Source: Candidatus Latescibacterota bacterium (GTDB lineage: Bacteria; Latescibacterota; UBA2968; GCA-2709665). Taken from it: 64,000 nucleotides of DNA. A program made the translations under genes and the position numbers. The DNA lies in the NCBI GenBank assembly GCA_963662665.2, contig CAXXJS010000040.1, positions 256,001 through 320,000 on the forward strand, given 5' to 3'. The notes beneath the pieces are model-generated. The model ran no database searches and had not been told where the DNA came from. It saw only the letters and a list, made by a program, of their open reading frames with translations. Shown here in pieces: positions 61,236 through 64,000 of this stretch. How positions within the stretch are numbered: position 1 is the stretch's first letter; the number at the start of each line of letters is the position of its first letter.

Positions 61236-62471
61236 TTACTGAATGCCAACGGTGGTGGTGCGGCGTTGCGGATCGAATGCGACGTACGTTGCGCCGTTCT
61301 CCTCGTAAAAGGTCTGACTTCCGAAAGCGGCACGGGCGTGCACGCGGTGAACCGGCGCGCCGTCTACGGAAACAGAATTGATCTCTCTGCCGGTGAAGCA
61401 CAGCGTCAACTCCGGCGTACGCACGGGCAGGTCGAGAGTGACGGAGCTGTCTTCAACAGCGAGTTCCGCCATCTCCCGCATAATGGCGTAGGTTGTAATC
61501 TCGCTGCACTTGCGCCATCGGGTACGTTCTCCTGCCGGATCGCGTTCCTTCAGCCGGCGTACCACGGTCTTGAAGGCGTTGAATCCCCGGCGGTCGGCGT
61601 CATGAAGTCCGTAAAAGCCCTGCCAGTGGCTGATGAGGACGGCGGGATCCCCCGCATCGATGAGGGCCGGCAATCGCCCGCCTTGAAGGTCGGCCGTGAT
61701 GTATTTGTCCGGGTTAACTTCCCCGTAACCCGTCCACGATCCCGTCCAGTCGCCCGTGCCGGCGATAATCTCGCCCATGGCTGTTCCGGCGTTTCTGTCG
61801 GGATACCACACAGGGGTCTCAACCGCGCCATTGGACACACGTTTGAACAGGTAGGGCGTGGGGTTGCCGGTGACGCGGCGGCAGGCGGTCTCGGCACATT
61901 TCGCGTAGAAGTCGAGCGGATTCCCGAATCCGCCGGGCGAGGTGACGCCATCGGGCGTCAGGCCGACGTTGTGGAGAATTTCACAGGCGAGTGCGATGTA
62001 GTCGGTAACCAGTTCCTCCCGGTCTGTGGGCAACCGGTTCCATCCCCACTGTTCCCAGAGGTTGGGATCCACCGGCTGCAGGGTCTCGAGGTCCACCACA
62101 AATGTGTGTGTAATCATTTCCGGTGTGATGTCGTAGTTGGGTACGATGAATTCGCGGCACATATCCAGCCAGCTTTCCTGCTGGGCCTTCCCGAATAGCG
62201 GCAGACCGTGGTCGATCCGTCCGAGGGCCGCGGGACACGGCACGACGCTGAATTTACCCTTGACGCCCTCGTCGAGGCAGTATTCGGCGAATTCCCTGGT
62301 GAAGGACTCGGGGTGAACGACGGGCACGTCTTCCCAGCGGCGGTGCTGGCCGTCGATCGGGTTTCTGTCCCTCATGAAGAAGTAATTCAGATTGACCAGC
62401 AACGTGGAATCGTCGAAGATGATCGAGAGGGGCACACGGTCAAGAGGGTGCCGGGCGATTTCAACGCGCAT
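61236..62471 (-). CDS. Hypothetical protein, polysaccharide-deacetylase-like fold
   Basis: IIFDD, KGKFSVVP, E..TH and GVTSPG motifs. Confidence 0.55.
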   Translation of the reverse strand: MRVEIARHPLDRVPLSIIFDDSTLLVNLNYFFMRDRNPIDGQHRRWEDVPVVHPESFTREFAEYCLDEGVKGKFSVVPCPAALGRIDHGLPLFGKAQQESWLDMCREFIVPNYDITPEMITHTFVVDLETLQPVDPNLWEQWGWNRLPTDREELVTDYIALACEILHNVGLTPDGVTSPGGFGNPLDFYAKCAETACRRVTGNPTPYLFKRVSNGAVETPVWYPDRNAGTAMGEIIAGTGDWTGSWTGYGEVNPDKYITADLQGGRLPALIDAGDPAVLISHWQGFYGLHDADRRGFNAFKTVVRRLKERDPAGERTRWRKCSEITTYAIMREMAELAVEDSSVTLDLPVRTPELTLCFTGREINSVSVDGAPVHRVHARAAFGSQTFYEENGATYVAFDPQRRTTTVGIQ

Positions 62472-62540
62472 GCGGGGCTCCTTGAGGCTCTGTCTCCGTG
62501 AGGTTTTATGGCCGGGTCTAACAGGGACCCGGTCGCAACC

Positions 62541-63656
62541 CTAGGCTGGCTCCGCGGCTTCGAGAACCTGTTTCAGGCGACGGGCGACAATGACTTCCTC
62601 GTCGTCTTCCATCATATAGGGCATGACTTCCACGCCGCTCCCGGTGTGAAAAAGCTCGATGCGCGGGTCGGCATTGGAGAGCTGACGTCTGGCCTCCTCC
62701 GGCGTGATGCGGACGGTTTCCCGATCCCAATTGACGGCCAGCACGGGTGCGACGTTGGACCGGCCGGGTTGACGGATGGCGGTTGTCAGGGACTGGATGT
62801 GCGCGATCGCGCCCGCGATGACTTCAAGGCGGCGCTCCCATTCTTTCCACTCCCCGGCATGGTCTCGTCTGACCCATTGTTCCACGGCCGCGAGCAGGCC
62901 CATCACCTCCTCCTTTCCCGCCTTCATCGGGCGCGCGAGCGCATGGTGCGGGGCGCCGTTCATAAAGGCGGCGTGGAGGACGTCCTTTCTGCCCAGAACC
63001 AGGCCGGACGCCTGGGGACCCCGAAGGCACTTGCCCCCGCTGTAGGCAACCACGTCCACCCCATCTGACAGATAGGGATTCGGCACGTCCGGGCGTTCGG
63101 CGGCAGCGTCGACGAAGGTCGGGACGTTGTATTTCCTGGCAATGGCGACCATGTCGGGCACAGAGATGGTGCCGCGGTCGGCCGCGTCACCGAAGATGGC
63201 GATCATGGCGGTGGATTCGTCAACGGCAGCCTCCAATTCGCGAGGGGTTTCGACCTCGACGATTTGTACGCCCACCATGCGGATGGCGTGGTCATAGACG
63301 TGCCTGTGAGAGGGCTGCGTGATGACCCGGTTCTTCATCCCCGTCGTATCCGGCAGACGTTTCATTTTAGCCGGATCCAGGCCGGCCACGCAGGCGGCCG
63401 TGACCTGGCACAGCGCCGCGGCGCAGCCGTTGGTGACCAGGCCCCATTCGCATTGCATGAGATCTGCGATCCTGGCGCCCACTTTTTCCATCAGTTCGTC
63501 CAGATGCACGTACGCCTTCGAGGCATCGTGTATTGCCCACCGGACCTCCGGCAGCATCAGGGAGCCGGAGATGATCGTATAGGTCCCCATGCAATTGATC
63601 AGGGGACGGACGCCTATGGATTCGTACGTGGGGTGGCGCGCGGACAACGTGGACAT
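62541..63656 (-). CDS. SelA-like/DgaE-like PLP-dependent enzyme
   Basis: GVRPLINC.GTYT, VDAAAE, YSGGKCL.GPQ and RPMK.GKEE motifs. Confidence 0.88.
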   Translation of the reverse strand: MSTLSARHPTYESIGVRPLINCMGTYTIISGSLMLPEVRWAIHDASKAYVHLDELMEKVGARIADLMQCEWGLVTNGCAAALCQVTAACVAGLDPAKMKRLPDTTGMKNRVITQPSHRHVYDHAIRMVGVQIVEVETPRELEAAVDESTAMIAIFGDAADRGTISVPDMVAIARKYNVPTFVDAAAERPDVPNPYLSDGVDVVAYSGGKCLRGPQASGLVLGRKDVLHAAFMNGAPHHALARPMKAGKEEVMGLLAAVEQWVRRDHAGEWKEWERRLEVIAGAIAHIQSLTTAIRQPGRSNVAPVLAVNWDRETVRITPEEARRQLSNADPRIELFHTGSGVEVMPYMMEDDEEVIVARRLKQVLEAAEPA

Positions 63657-64000
63657 GGCCGGTTTTCCAGGGAAGGACAATGCAGGAGACGTGCGTCGTT
63701 GTTTTGGGCCCGTGCCGGGTGGCCGTTATCAAGAGTCTACAACAACACCGCCTTGATTGCAAGCCTGATATCGCCCTTGGTTTCCGGGGGCTTTCCCGCG
63801 ACTCGTAACAACACGCCTTTTTCTTTTCGGCAACGAATCTGCAGGATAACGTCACGGCAACGCAGCGCAAATGTGATACCTGTAATGGATGTCTGTTGCT
63901 CTGAGGGTGTGACGCTGGAGGCTGGGTTGTGGGGTCCGCCGGCGATCGGTGCACGCATCAAGGGAATTCGTGACGTGTTCCGCGATGGCGAGAACGGACA

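Noticed and set aside
63727-63736. TTATCAAGAG as the start of a SAM-I riboswitch
   Set aside because: The rest of the SAM-I core is absent and it is on the opposite strand to the adjacent gene.

Overview
This is a GC-rich bacterial window. The secreted WD40 proteins carry a C-terminal 'DFDGxGxVxFxDF' Ca-binding tail, which suggests a Latescibacterota/Gemmatimonadota-like lineage (inference). (1) At 1-14.4 kb lies a double-glycine peptide (class II bacteriocin-like) locus: three GG-leader precursors behind a sigma54-type promoter, alternating DUF3267-like zincin and CPBP/CAAX protease paralogs, a cNMP-C39-ABC exporter, HlyD and a PpiC-like foldase. Two copies of a ~191-bp MITE bracket most of the locus. 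One copy carries an ORF-less group II intron whose EBS1 is complementary to the MITE's left end. A candidate structured ncRNA lies next to it. (2) At 14.8-24.3 kb are housekeeping and metabolic genes. (3) At 24.3-40.5 kb an accessory/defence island splits an attE-attFG-attH-type operon. It holds WD40 paralogs, an HTH-MTase-REase fusion of the BsuBI/PstI type, a decayed Type III RM system with an intact HD-hydrolase/YwgA-like pair inside it, and three pentapeptide-repeat paralogs. (4) At 40.5-64 kb are an ABC transporter, Sec-containing selD with a SECIS hairpin, trmB, fetAB-like genes, dCMP deaminase, a TonB receptor, BCCT, an EIIA/PII-like/dual antiporter operon and a SelA-like PLP enzyme. 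All protein calls come from motif recognition only; no database searches were run.
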